Positions 16,890 through 30,254 of a DNA stretch of 64,000 nt are shown here, in pieces. This DNA is from Eledone cirrhosa. Its lineage: Eukaryota. The stretch spans positions 89,962,001-90,026,000 of the forward strand of contig OZ024742.1 of NCBI GenBank assembly GCA_964016885.1, in the 5' to 3' direction. A program made the translations under genes and the position numbers. The notes beneath the pieces were generated by a model. It worked only from the letters and a program-made list of their open reading frames with translations. It made no database searches and was not told the DNA's origin. The number at the start of each line of letters is the position of its first letter. Positions within the stretch are counted from its first letter, which is position 1.

Positions 16890-18800
16890 ATTAATAATAA
16901 TGAATAAACAAAGAAACAGTTCCTTATATTAAAAAGATTCATCATTTTACAATCGTTTCTAGGATATATATGTGTTAGTGTTGGTATGCATATATTCTAT
17001 AGATCTATGTAAAATATTTATACAAACTATCAGAGGGAATATACATACCTACACATATATATGCTGTCTTCAGAAATAATGATATTTGTTTATTGAAAAA
17101 AACAAAGATTCAATACAATAGGTCTGTTTGGGAAAAGGTTTTGAATTGACCAATAGAAGTATAGTGAAGGTCAAGATAGTAGTAGAAGAAGAACCTTAAA
17201 TTATGGGTAGAGGAAGGTAGATTTCAGTTTTGGATGGAAAAGAATATTATGAATGAAAGATTATTTTAGGGATGAAAATAGGTCGTATGCTGACCTTAGA
17301 AATAATTATATTTGTTCATTGAATAAAACCAACAAAGATCTAATATAGTCTGTCTGTTTGGTAAGAGGTTTAGAATTAACCAATAGAAAGTTAATAATTG
17401 GCCAAATGGTAAAATAGTAGTAATTGAAGCTTATTTTAGGGGTAGAATAAGGCAGATTTCAGTTTTGAATGGAGTGTGAAGAATGAGAAGGTTATTTTAG
17501 GGGTGAAAATAGGTCAGGTCAGTAAAAGGTATACGAGCAGTTGTTGTTATAAAATAGTAATGCCAATGTAAATATCTAAGGAGACTAAAATTTTACAATA
17601 AAAGTGTTAGTGAAAAAAATACATCTATGAAAAGAATAAATTAATTTAATTGATGGGTAAATTTATATTGATAAAATTATACTAATGCATATAGATATGA
17701 TAAATAAGAGTTAGATGTAGTTGAAGAGTGCTGTTAAAGATGAGGGGAAATTAAAAGAATATAAAAATAATATATATATATACATATATATATATATACA
17801 TACACACACACATACATATATATATATACATACATATACACACATATATACATCCATATATATATATATACACACACATACACACATACATATACATATA
17901 ATTATTAGGGGGGGGGAATTAAATTTATTAGTGAGAAATAATAAATATATAGAGATTTCAAGGAACATAGAGTCATAACCTGAAATTAAAGCATTATATA
18001 TGTTTACATAATGGTATCAGTTTTAGGAAATGATAGTTGTAAGAAGGAAAGTAAAATTATGTAGTTCATCAGTAGTAGAATATTAATTATAGGTTAACTA
18101 ATCTAAAATTAAAAACAATTTATATATTAATTTCTAAAGTGTATATTAATTAGGTTTATAATATTTAAAGGTTTTTCTCAGTTTATGATTACACGATATT
18201 ATTAATTCCTGTCGCTTATTTAATAGGATATCCTTAGATTTCATTATTTCAAAAAGTTCTTGGGAACATAATCTACATTCATATCTATTATTTTGATAAG
18301 GGGTGGCCTTTTTGAGCACACTCCAGGTCAGGTCATAATCTATATTCCTCTTTCTATAATTATTTATTATTTCAGCTAGAGATGTTGTATTAGCTAGTGC
18401 GGCATTTTTAAAACTATGTTTGTGGGTATTAAATCTTACCTTAAATTTGTTAGAGGTAGCTCCTATATATGAATAAATTGAGTCCTTAGTGTTAACTTTA
18501 CATTTATATACTATGTTATTAACAAGGCAATTTCCTTTTAATGGGCAGTTTGCCTTGTTTCTACAGTTACAACTTTTCGTGAATCCTGTATCTGAGGAGA
18601 TATTATGGTTAATTTGATGTACGGGTGGTATACTCATGTTTTTTTTTACATTTATACGCATTGTAGGCACTTATACTTTGTTTTATGTTTTTGGTTTTGA
18701 GTAGGAGAATAGATCAATGGTTAAATTCTCCTACTCAACAACCAAAAACATAAAACAAAATATAAGTGCCTACAATGCATATAAATGTTAAAAAAACCAT
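16890..18800 (-). mobile_element. PLE 3' part with open GIY-YIG domain, long 3' UTR, pLTR and short 5' fold-back
   Basis: ORF 18146-18670 reads CNCRNKANCPLKGNC..IVYKC..YIGATSNKFKVRFNTH..CRLCSQE. Hairpin arms at ~18635-18710 and ~18725-18800. Confidence 0.85.
16941..17080 (-). ncRNA. Hammerhead ribozyme with ~105-nt extended stem II
   Basis: attattt-CTGAAGA-cagcatatatatgtgt..acacatatatatccta-GAAA-cgattgta^aaatgat. 7-bp stem I, GUA triplet. Confidence 0.7.
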
Positions 18801-19511
18801 TTGGGTGAAATTATACCAGTTTATGTAGGAGCTTGTATACCATCAATAGATATATATTCAAGTGGGCTCCTATAATTCATCAGTGGGTGCCCCAATAATA
18901 CTAATATTGATAATCTAACCAACATCGGTATTTAGCGATAATCACTTTCTGTGCCTGAGGTATCTGTCAGGTAGCCAGTCCAGCAGTTCTGAAAGAAGTA
19001 CTCGAACTGATTCAAAAAATGAGGAAGTGAATTACCGCCAAAAAACAATACATGCGCGTGACAATGAACTCTGAAAGGAATTCAGGCCACGTGCTAAGAA
19101 CTCAATTGGAAATTGAAAAAATAACTGTGTGTGTACAACATTTGATGACACACACAGATATTTTCTCGGGCAAAATAACAGAATGAGATATAAGGAACAA
19201 TCAATATTCATATATAAAAAATAAACAAAGAAATGCCGACCTTATACCGGGAATTTTTTCAAATCTGCTGCGCCAAGAGTAAGTAAATAAATACAATATC
19301 GGAGAAAGCTTTTTAGCGATACTCCGGCCGAATATATATATATTGTTATACTTGGGGAGGGTCATATTTGTGTAATAATATTGCAAGAATTAATAACAGA
19401 ACACACTCAGCGAGAATATATATATATATTTATATATATATATATTTAATTATAATTATATATATATATATAATTATATATATATATCATTTTATGTATG
19501 TATATATAATG

Positions 19512-19545
<34 letters not shown>

Positions 19546-20229
19546 GTATATAATTATATGTATATATATAATTATATATATATATATATGAAAAGTTTAT
19601 ATTTAATTTGTTGGGATACAAAATGCAAAATATTTTTATAACTGATATAAAGCACTCAACAAACTATTGGAGTAAATATACAATATATTAACAAATGGTA
19701 ACTATATTTATAAAACCATATTTATTTCATTATACATATTTAAAGGGCCACCAAAGCAAACTATGGTGCGCTTTCATCAGATAAAATATAATACAGGTTA
19801 GTTTTATTAATAAATATTGTCATACACATAAAAAAATAAAATATATATATATATATACATATAATTACACACAAACAACGGACAACAGAGGCCACGTATT
19901 TTTATGTATATATATATATAATTACATATATAAAAAATTTCAGATGGGTAAATCTCCGGGTAACAGAATCCGTTACTGAAGAGAGAGATGTAAGAGAAAA
20001 TTTAGAATGAGATATATAGTGTGTAGAGGAACGTAGAAAATAGCGTAAAAAATAAAAATAATAACACAAGATAGAGTTACCTTGGCTGAGATTTAATTGT
20101 CCCTATATTTCGGATTTCGCATCCATCAACTGGGGCTTTTCCGAGGGGGAATGTTATCTGACGGAGAGGAACGGTACGTGGCCTCTGTTGTCCGCTGTTT
20201 GTGTGTAATTATATGTATATATATATATA

Positions 20230-21415
20230 ATTACAAAAAGTTATGAAACGAAAAGAGCTGTGTGGTTATTAAAACAACGTTTAGGATGGTGGTTTGGACT
20301 GAACAGGAGGAGAAAGGAAGAAAGGAGTTTCCATCGTCAGCTGTAAATGTTTCCCGAACCGATGTTTCGGCGCTGAATTACAGGACATCGGTGTATTTCG
20401 GATGCGCCTGATGCATTTTATTAATAAAAAGGCCAGGTGGAAAAGGAGAGAGAAAGAGAGAAAAGGAGGAGAAAAAAGGATAGAGAAAAGGAAAGGGAGG
20501 GAAGGAGGAACAACAGGAGGGGATGAGGAGAGAGGAAGAAGGGGGGGGGGCGAAAAAGTAGGAAAGGAATAGGACAAAAAAGTGTACAGGTCCCATCGTG
20601 GGAAGACACAGGTAAAAGAAACATGCAAAAAAGTAACCGTGGAAAAATAAGGAAAGTAAGTTGTGGCCAACCTGGGAGACTTTGCCTGGGGGTCAGCTAC
20701 AACTCAGAGCTGGTATAAGCGTGCTGCCTCTCACATAGACAGGAGAAAGTGAGAGAGAGACACGGGCAACCAAAAGTGAGGAGGACAAGGGAAAGGGAGA
20801 TAATCCAGAAGGTTTTTTTTACGACGGTGGTAAAAACGTGCCGCAAAGATTGCGGACAGAGAGGCCACCACGGTACGTGTAAATATGTCAACAATCAAAA
20901 CTGAGGAAAAACGAGAGTGAGGAAGAGAGGGGAAGAGTGAAGGGAGGATCGATGCGAAGTGTGGAGGGAACACAGATCGTTCAAAGCAGGTAGGGTCACA
21001 GCGGTAAATACAAAAAGTTATGAAACGAAAGAAATTGTGTGGTTACTAAAACAAGGTTTAGGGTGGTGGTTAAGACGGAACAGGAGGAGAAGAGAAGAAA
21101 GGAGTTTCCATCGTCAGCTGTAAATGTTTCGCGAACCGATGTTTCGGCGCTGAATTACAGGACATCGGTGTATTTCGGGTGCGCCCGAGGCCTTTTATTA
21201 ATCAAAAGGCCAGGTGGAAAGGAGAGAGAACGAGAGACAACAAGGGGAGAAAAAGGAGAGAGAAAAGGAAAAAGAGGGAAATGAGGAAGAACAGCGAGGG
21301 GGAGGAAGAAGTGGAGAAGGGAAAAGGCGAAAAAATAGGAAAGGAATAGGAGAAAAAAAGTGTACAGGTCCTATCGTGAGAAGACACAGGTGAAAGAAAC
21401 ATGCAAAAAAAGTAA
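20230..21415. repeat. Diverged direct repeat pair (~20230-20660 and ~21010-21415), purine-rich; probable retroelement terminal repeats
   Basis: Both copies share tacaaaaagttatgaaacgaaa..ccatcgtcagctgtaaatg..gtgtacaggtcc..aagaaacatgcaaaaaagtaa. Confidence 0.7.
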
Positions 21416-21426
21416 TTTATATATGA

Positions 21427-22855
21427 CTAGCAGTTTTGCCCGGCGTTGCTCGGGTTTGTTCATTTGCAATGAAAGCTTTCATACAGGTAAGCGTGGCTTA
21501 ACAGCGAATAAGCTTATCAATTAAGTGCATAAAGCAGTTGAAACGGTTATTAAAAGTTACGAACCAATTAGCATTTTGGACAATCAATGATGGGTTAATA
21601 ATCTTCCAATAGCGAATTTAGCAGACCAAGGTTGCAAGCTGGTGGCCCTGATGCGGCTGGGTGTCAGATCTGTCCGCCATGGGTGACACTACCACGAAAT
21701 AATTTTCCAGACGGCATAACTCCAACACCTCCAACACCTGCACCAACATCTATAGCACCTCGTTGTAGACGATATTGCGTGTCATAAACTTGAGCAGTGT
21801 AATCAAAAATTCTATTCCTGCTCCCTACGCGGGAATAGGCAACATAAAGTCGGGCATTGGAGAAGCATGGCTCCCCCAAATGGATGCCCGCCACCGACAA
21901 TGTTTGCCCTTGTGACTTATTAATGAACATGGCAAAACATTGTCTCACCGGGAATTGGGATCGCCGGAAATCGAATGGGATATCTGACGCCGAGGGGAAA
22001 TGGTTCATCCTTACAGTGTGTTCGGTAGAATTGCCAGAAGTACAACACTATGGGTGTTGTCATATTAATATTTAACCAATTAAAGTCGTAAGAAATAAAT
22101 AATTTAAACATTCCGATTCATATGTCTATATCATTAATCTGTTATATGAAGTGTTATTTTGCGGGTTGTTATTTGCAATAAGCCGATTTAAAAAGCCCTC
22201 GAAAACCGTATGTCAATACGGAACTCCGATGACTCCCCCATTGGTTAAATTATAGAGAGGGGGAATAATCTATTATAGAGAGAGAGAAGAGCGACGGAGA
22301 GAGTAAAACTAAGAAACTATAGGGAGATGTGTAAAACAGTGTTGTCTTATAGAGAGTCAAGAGCGACAGAGAGAGTAAAGTAGTTGAATATTAGAGAGGG
22401 GGAATGATCTATTATAGAGAGAGGGAAGTGCGACGGAGAGAGTAAAGCTGTTTGTTGTTGTATAAATTGATGTGTTGTTTAGTTTTCAAAGTTTGTGTCG
22501 CGTTGATAGGGTAGTAGAGAGAAGCATTAACCTTTTAAAGAGAGTTGCAGAGGGGAGTAGAGGGAGGGATGAATCTTTTAAAGAGAGTTGCAACATGTAT
22601 GTAGTTTAATAGATTGTTGAGGGTAGTAGAGAGAGGCATTAATCGTGTAAGAGAGGGTGTTACAACATGTATTTAGTTTTATCGATTTTTTTCTAGAAGT
22701 AGGAAATGTATTGCAAAGTTTATTACGCGATGAACATCGCTGGTAAATTTGGAGCACATTGGACAAAAAATCATCAAAATTAGTAGAGAAATATGGAAAT
22801 GCATAAAAATCATACACACACAGATACAGACATCTTTGTTTTATATATATAGAGA
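21427..22855 (-). mobile_element. Internally deleted Helitron retaining the C-terminal PIF1-type helicase fragment
   Basis: 5' A|TC (tctctatatatataaaac) at 22855. 3' hairpin cccgagcaacgccggg then CTAG|T at 21427. Encodes RSQFPVRQCFAMFINKSQGQTL..LYVAYSRV at ~21790-22000. Confidence 0.9.
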
Positions 22856-23319
22856 TTACATATATATTCATATATATTCATATTTATGTAAACATATATA
22901 TATAATCATATATATATATATATATATATAATCGTATATATATATAATCATACATATATAACCATATATATATATAATCATATGAATATATATATATATA
23001 ATCATATATATATATAATCATATATATATATAATCATATGAATATCTATATATATAATCATATATATATATATATATATATAATTATATATATATACAAT
23101 TAAGTTAAAGATGTACATCCATATATGTATACTGAAATACTAGTATGTATATGAATACACACACGTATACATATGTAGATGTACCAAGTTTTTTCACTGG
23201 TCACTTTACTGTGAGTGGCCAGCTATTCTGTATGTAAACACACAGACAAACCGGTTTTTAGAGTCATACTGGTTTTTGAGGAAACACCTTTCCTCTATTC
23301 TCCAGAAAGCCAGACAAGG

Positions 23320-23364
23320 AATATTGAACTAGTTTCGTTGTTGTTACAACTCATCAGCAATATT
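23320..23364 (-). ncRNA. Type I hammerhead ribozyme, family A unit
   Basis: aatattg-CTGATGA-gttgtaacaacaac-GAAA-ctagtt^caatatt. 7-bp stem I, 5-bp stem II, palindromic stem III ACTAGT. Confidence 0.9.
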
Positions 23365-23786
23365 TACCTATCTTCCGGCCTCTCTAGAGAATCGTAAAAG
23401 CACATATCGTTATATGCTTTTTCTATGAAAATTAGTAGTGGGCAGACTAATTTGCATAGAGTGTGAGTAAGTACCGGTTCAACGGAGACGATAAAAACAA
23501 ATAACGAAACGAAATTAAATTTCGTTTCGTTTGTAACTCACTTTTGTATGACTGACGCTTAAACAATTAAGTTAAAGATGTACATCCATATATGTATACT
23601 GAAATACTAGTATGTATATGAATACACACACGTATACATATGTAGATGTACCAAGTTTTTTCACTGGTCACTTTACTGTGAGTGGCCAGCTATTCTGTAT
23701 GTAAACACACAGACAAACCGGTTTTTAGAGTCATACTGGTTTTTGAGGAAACACCTTTCCTCTATTCTCCAGAAAGCCAGACAAGG

Positions 23787-23831
23787 AATATTGAACTAGT
23801 TTCGTTGTTGTTACAACTCATCAGCAATATT
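23787..23831 (-). ncRNA. Type I hammerhead ribozyme, family A unit
   Basis: Same motif, +467 bp. Confidence 0.9.
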
Positions 23832-24253
23832 TACCTATCTTCCGGCCTCTCTAGAGAATCGTAAAAGCACATATCGTTATATGCTTTTTCTATGAAAATT
23901 AGTAGTGGGCAGACTAATTTGCATAGAGTGTGAGTAAGTACCGGTTCAACGGAGACGATAAAAACAAATAACGAAACGAAATTAAATTTCGTTTCGTTTG
24001 TAACTCACTTTTGTATGACTGACGCTTAAACAATTAAGTTAAAGATGTACATCCATATATGTATACTGAAATACTAGTATGTATATGAATACACACACGT
24101 ATACATATGTAGATGTACCAAGTTTTTTCACTGGTCACTTTACTGTGAGTGGCCAGCTATTCTGTATGTAAACACACAGACAAACCGGTTTTTAGAGTCA
24201 TACTGGTTTTTGAGGAAACACCTTTCCTCTATTCTCCAGAAAGCCAGACAAGG

Positions 24254-24298
24254 AATATTGAACTAGTTTCGTTGTTGTTACAACTCATCAGCAATATT
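24254..24298 (-). ncRNA. Type I hammerhead ribozyme, family A unit
   Basis: Same motif, +934 bp. Confidence 0.9.
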
Positions 24299-24720
24299 TA
24301 CCTATCTTCCGGCCTCTCTAGAGAATCGTAAAAGCACATATCGTTATATGCTTTTTCTATGAAAATTAGTAGTGGGCAGACTAATTTGCATAGAGTGTGA
24401 GTAAGTACCGGTTCAACGGAGACGATAAAAACAAATAACGAAACGAAATTAAATTTCGTTTCGTTTGTAACTCACTTTTGTATGACTGACGCTTAAACAA
24501 TTAAGTTAAAGATGTACATCCATATATGTATACTGAAATACTAGTATGTATATGAATACACACACGTATACATATGTAGATGTACCAAGTTTTTTCACTG
24601 GTCACTTTACTGTGAGTGGCCAGCTATTCTGTATGTAAACACACAGACAAACCGGTTTTTAGAGTCATACTGGTTTTTGAGGAAACACCTTTCCTCTATT
24701 CTCCAGAAAGCCAGACAAGG

Positions 24721-24765
24721 AATATTGAACTAGTTTCGTTGTTGTTACAACTCATCAGCAATATT
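24721..24765 (-). ncRNA. Type I hammerhead ribozyme, family A unit
   Basis: Same motif, +1401 bp. Confidence 0.9.
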
Positions 24766-25572
24766 TACCTATCTTCCGGCCTCTCTAGAGAATCGTAAAA
24801 GCACATATCGTTATATGCTTTTTCTATGAAAATTAGTAGTGGGCAGACTAATTTGCATAGAGTGTGAGTAAGTACCGGTTCAACGGAGACGATAAAAACA
24901 AATAACGAAACGAAATTAAATTTCGTTTCGTTTGTAACTCACTTTTGTATGACTGACGCTTAAACAATTAAGTTAAAGATGTACATCCATATATGTATAC
25001 TGAAATACTAGTATGTATATGAATACACACACGTATACATATGTAGATGTACCAAGTTTTTTCACTGGTCACTTTACTGTGAGTGGCCAGCTATTCTGTA
25101 TGTAAACACACAGACAAACCGGTTTTTAGAGTCATACTGGTTTTTGAGGAAACACCTTTCCTCTATTCTCCAGAAAGCCAGACAAGGAATATTGAAACCA
25201 GTATGACTCTAAAAACCGGTTTGTCTGTGTGTTTACATACAGAATAGCTGGCCACTCACAGTAAAGTGACCAGTGAAAAAACTTGGTACATCTACATATG
25301 TATACGTGTGTGTATTCATATACATACTAGTATTTCAGTATACATATATGGATGTACATCTTTAACTTAATTGTTTAAGCGTCAGTCATACAAAAGTGAG
25401 TTACAAACGAAACGAAATTTAATTTCGTTTCGTTATTTGTTTTTATCGTCTCCGTTGAACCGGTACTTACTCACACTCTATGCAAATTAGTCTGCCCACT
25501 ACTAATTTTCATAGAAAAAGCATATAACGATATGTGCTTTTACGATTCTCTAGAGAGGCCGGAAGATAGGTA

Positions 25573-25617
25573 AATATTGCTGATGAGTTGTAACAACAAC
25601 GAAACTAGTTCAATATT
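25573..25617 (+). ncRNA. Type I hammerhead ribozyme, family A unit
   Basis: aatattgctgatgagttgtaacaacaacgaaactagttcaatatt read directly on the + strand. Confidence 0.9.
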
Positions 25618-26039
25618 CCTTGTCTGGCTTTCTGGAGAATAGAGGAAAGGTGTTTCCTCAAAAACCAGTATGACTCTAAAAACCGGTTTGTCTGTGTGTT
25701 TACATACAGAATAGCTGGCCACTCACAGTAAAGTGACCAGTGAAAAAACTTGGTACATCTACATATGTATACGTGTGTGTATTCATATACATACTAGTAT
25801 TTCAGTATACATATATGGATGTACATCTTTAACTTAATTGTTTAAGCGTCAGTCATACAAAAGTGAGTTACAAACGAAACGAAATTTAATTTCGTTTCGT
25901 TATTTGTTTTTATCGTCTCCGTTGAACCGGTACTTACTCACACTCTATGCAAATTAGTCTGCCCACTACTAATTTTCATAGAAAAAGCATATAACGATAT
26001 GTGCTTTTACGATTCTCTAGAGAGGCCGGAAGATAGGTA

Positions 26040-26084
26040 AATATTGCTGATGAGTTGTAACAACAACGAAACTAGTTCAATATT
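26040..26084 (+). ncRNA. Type I hammerhead ribozyme, family A unit
   Basis: Same motif, +467 bp from 25573. Confidence 0.9.
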
Positions 26085-26447
26085 CCTTGTCTGGCTTTCT
26101 GGAGAATAGAGGAAAGGTGTTTCCTCAAAAACCAGTATGACTCTAAAAACCGGTTTGTCTGTGTGTTTACATACAGAATAGCTGGCCACTCACAGTAAAG
26201 TGACCAGTGAAAAAACTTGGTACATCTACATATGTATACGTGTGTGTATTCATATACATACTAGTATTTCAGTATACATATATGGATGTACATCTTTAAC
26301 TTAATTGTTTAAGCGTCAGTCATACAAAAGTGAGTTACAAACGAAACGAAATTTAATTTCGTTTCGTTATTTGTTTTTATATATATATATATATATATAA
26401 TTATATATATATATATATATATTATCATAAATATATATATATATATA

Positions 26448-26523
<76 letters not shown>

Positions 26524-26627
26524 TATATATATATATAATTATATATATATATATATAATTATATATATATAATTGTATATATATAATTATATATATATAA
26601 CTAAATATATATATATATATATATAAT

Positions 26628-26658
<31 letters not shown>

Positions 26659-26669
26659 CTGTGTGTGTG

Positions 26670-27010
26670 TAAAATGTAAACAGAAATAACAACATAATCG
26701 GTACAGTATATGGAAGGTATATATTAGGTTAACGCTTGATATAGCAGGAACGGGGTCTTAACGTTTCTGACGCTAGTCTTTCATAAATAAAAGAATGAGA
26801 AATAAAATAGATTGAGGTGACGGGCGGGATGGAATTGGAGAAAATGTGTTGAGATAAAAATAACAGGTTCATTCATGTTTACATCTCTTGCAAAATTGGT
26901 GCTGCTGGCGTTTTGTGTATGACTTGTTTTTTAGAAAAGTGGATGATAGAGCGCGTCTAGCTGAAATGGAAAAAAAACCGTTTTGTAAAAAGACCTATAC
27001 TTGACAGGTG
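26670..27010 (-). mobile_element. Solo pLTR-like unit with decayed hammerhead (family of 43251 and 59377)
   Basis: Similar to 59285-59640. The core is mutated to ttatga..cagaaacgttaag. Confidence 0.65.
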
Positions 27011-27014
27011 CGTA

Positions 27015-27950
<936 letters not shown>

Positions 27951-27951
27951 A

Positions 27952-28106
<155 letters not shown>

Positions 28107-28231
28107 TATATAGTCTATCAAATATATATAATTATACATATATATATGATTAAACATATATATATATAAACGGAAATAAGTGTTTCTACTTTAGGCACAA
28201 GGTCAGCAATTAACCAGTGTATTACTGGTAC

Positions 28232-29412
28232 TATATAAACGGAAATAATGAAACGAAATTTCATTTCTCACTCTTAGTACGGCTGTTACTTAAATATAAG
28301 TATGTATACGTACATACATATATGTATACAGACGTACAGTAGTATGTATATGTATATATATACATGCACACATATATATATGTACGTATGGATTCACCGA
28401 ACATTTATTATAATGCTCGGTGTGCTTGTAAACAAACATCCCCAATTAGGCCGTACAGTGTCTAGCAACCATCGTTGCTCTTTTGTTCAACACTGACAAA
28501 GGAACGATGTACTAGTTTCAAGCTTATTAGCTATCGTCAGCAACGTATACCTTCGTGCCAGATGATTGAACATCTGAAAATATATACTTTCCTTATGCAT
28601 ATTAACGGCTGAGCAGCCTAACTTGCATATCGAGTGAGTTAATCGGCTGTATACATATATGTATGTACGTATACCTACTTATATTTAAGTAACAGCCGTA
28701 CTAAGAGTGAGAAACGAAATTTCGTTTCATTTTTTCCGTTTATCTTTTTCGGTGCGCCCGGCCGATTAACTCACCCGATGTGCAAATTAGGCTGCTCAGC
28801 CGTTAATATGCATAAGAAAAGTATATACTTTCAGACGTTCAATCATCTGGCAGGAAGGTATACGTTGCTGACGATAGCTAATAAACTCGAAATTAGTACA
28901 GCGTTCCTTTGTCAGTGTTGAACAAAAGAGCAACGAAGGTTGCTAGACACTGTACGACTTAATTCGTGATGTTTGTTTACAAACACACCGATCATTATAA
29001 ATGTTAGGTGAATCCATACGTACATATATATATATGTGTACATATATATATATATATAATTATATAATTATATACATATATATATATTTATATATATATA
29101 TAAATGTAAGTATGTATGCGTACATACATATATGTGTCGTTCCTGTGTCAGTGTTGAACAAAAAGGTGACGATGGTTACCTGAACACTGTACAGGGTAAT
29201 TCGAGCTGTTTGTTTACAAACAAAGCGAACATTATAATAAATGTTCAGTAAACCCATATGTACATATATATATGTGTGCATTTATGTATATATATACATA
29301 CTACTGTACTTCTGTATATATATATGTATGTACGTATACATACATACTTAAAATTTAAGTATCAGCCGTAATAAGAGTGAGAAATGAAATTTCGTTTCAT
29401 TCTTTTCCATTT
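28232..29412. mobile_element. Retrozyme-like family B (~431-bp unit) fold-back insertion
   Basis: Antisense unit 28232-28648, then sense units to 29412. HHR at 28504-28546 (-) and a decayed one at 28862-28904 (+). Confidence 0.8.
28504..28546 (-). ncRNA. Type I hammerhead ribozyme, family B
   Basis: acgttg-CTGACGA-tagctaataagctt-GAAA-ctagta^catcgt. Confidence 0.8.
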
Positions 29413-29481
29413 ATATATATATATATTTATATATGTATATATATATAATTATATATATATATATACTTATATATATATATA

Positions 29482-30240
29482 TCTTTCGTTTCTGAATTTG
29501 TTTAGCAAGATTCTTTATCTGAAAACGTGTGTTGAAACCGATATTGTTATGCTTTGGGAGGGTCATATTGCCAATACAAAACACACGCACCAGTTGCTTT
29601 CACTCCAATTTATTATATAATTTAAATTTATATATTTAAGAATTTATAAATTTCCGGTTGGTTGGTTGGTTCCACAACCGGACGGTTGTTCATAAATTGT
29701 CAAAGTTCTTTCGTCACACATTATGTGACCTCTACAGTGACTGGAGATTCTTTTCTTTGTTTTTGTGCCTCTCCTTTGTTCTGTCCTACACTATCTTGTG
29801 TAAATAGAAAACATGAATGGAATAGTAACATCACAACTTACAAGAAAGGACAAAATGAAAACACACACACACATAGAACAAACAACCAACCAGTAGCATG
29901 TAAATAAACAAATAAACAAATATAAACACACACAGACACCCTGATGTAACACATGCGCAAACTAGGCACACAACACACACAAGAACAAGATGGCGTAGGC
30001 TAGAACAAAGGAAAGGCACAAAAACAAAGAAAATAATCCTCAGTCACTGAAGAGGTCACAGAATGTGTGACGAAAGAACTTTGACAATATATGAACAACC
30101 GTCCGGTTGTGGAACCAACCAACCAACCGGAAATTTATAAATTCTTAAATTTATAAATTTAATTTATAATAAATTGGAGTGAAAGCATCGTGGTGCGTGT
30201 GTTTCTTATTGGCAACATGAACCTCCCAAAGCATAACAAT
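29482..30240. mobile_element. Fold-back pair of PLE pLTRs (family of 9960-10853)
   Basis: ~29542-29800 mirrors ~29980-30240. Intact HHR at 30043-30085 (+), mutated core at ~29699-29741 (-). Confidence 0.82.
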
Positions 30241-30254
30241 ATATATATATCTAT

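Larger units (their letters stand above)
23096..26380. mobile_element. Retrozyme-like array, family A: ~7 tandem 467-bp non-coding units, one hammerhead per unit, with a central inversion
   Basis: Exact 467-bp period (23215, 23682, 24149, 24616). ~4.5 units antisense (23096-25194), then ~2.5 units sense (25195-26380). (TA)n on both sides. Confidence 0.88.

Noticed and set aside
20325-20400. CTGACGA and GAAAC motifs on the - strand as a hammerhead
   Set aside because: I could not build consistent stems I-III in any topology.
23215-23397. Repeated 60-aa ORF MASYSVCKHT.. in every array unit
   Set aside because: It has a GTG start, is antisense to the ribozyme, has no recognisable domain and no counterpart in family B. 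Its identity merely reflects the repeat.
23096-26380. CRISPR array or simple satellite interpretation of the tandem repeat
   Set aside because: There are no unique spacers and the context is eukaryotic. The ribozyme, inversion and dispersed homologues favour a retrozyme.
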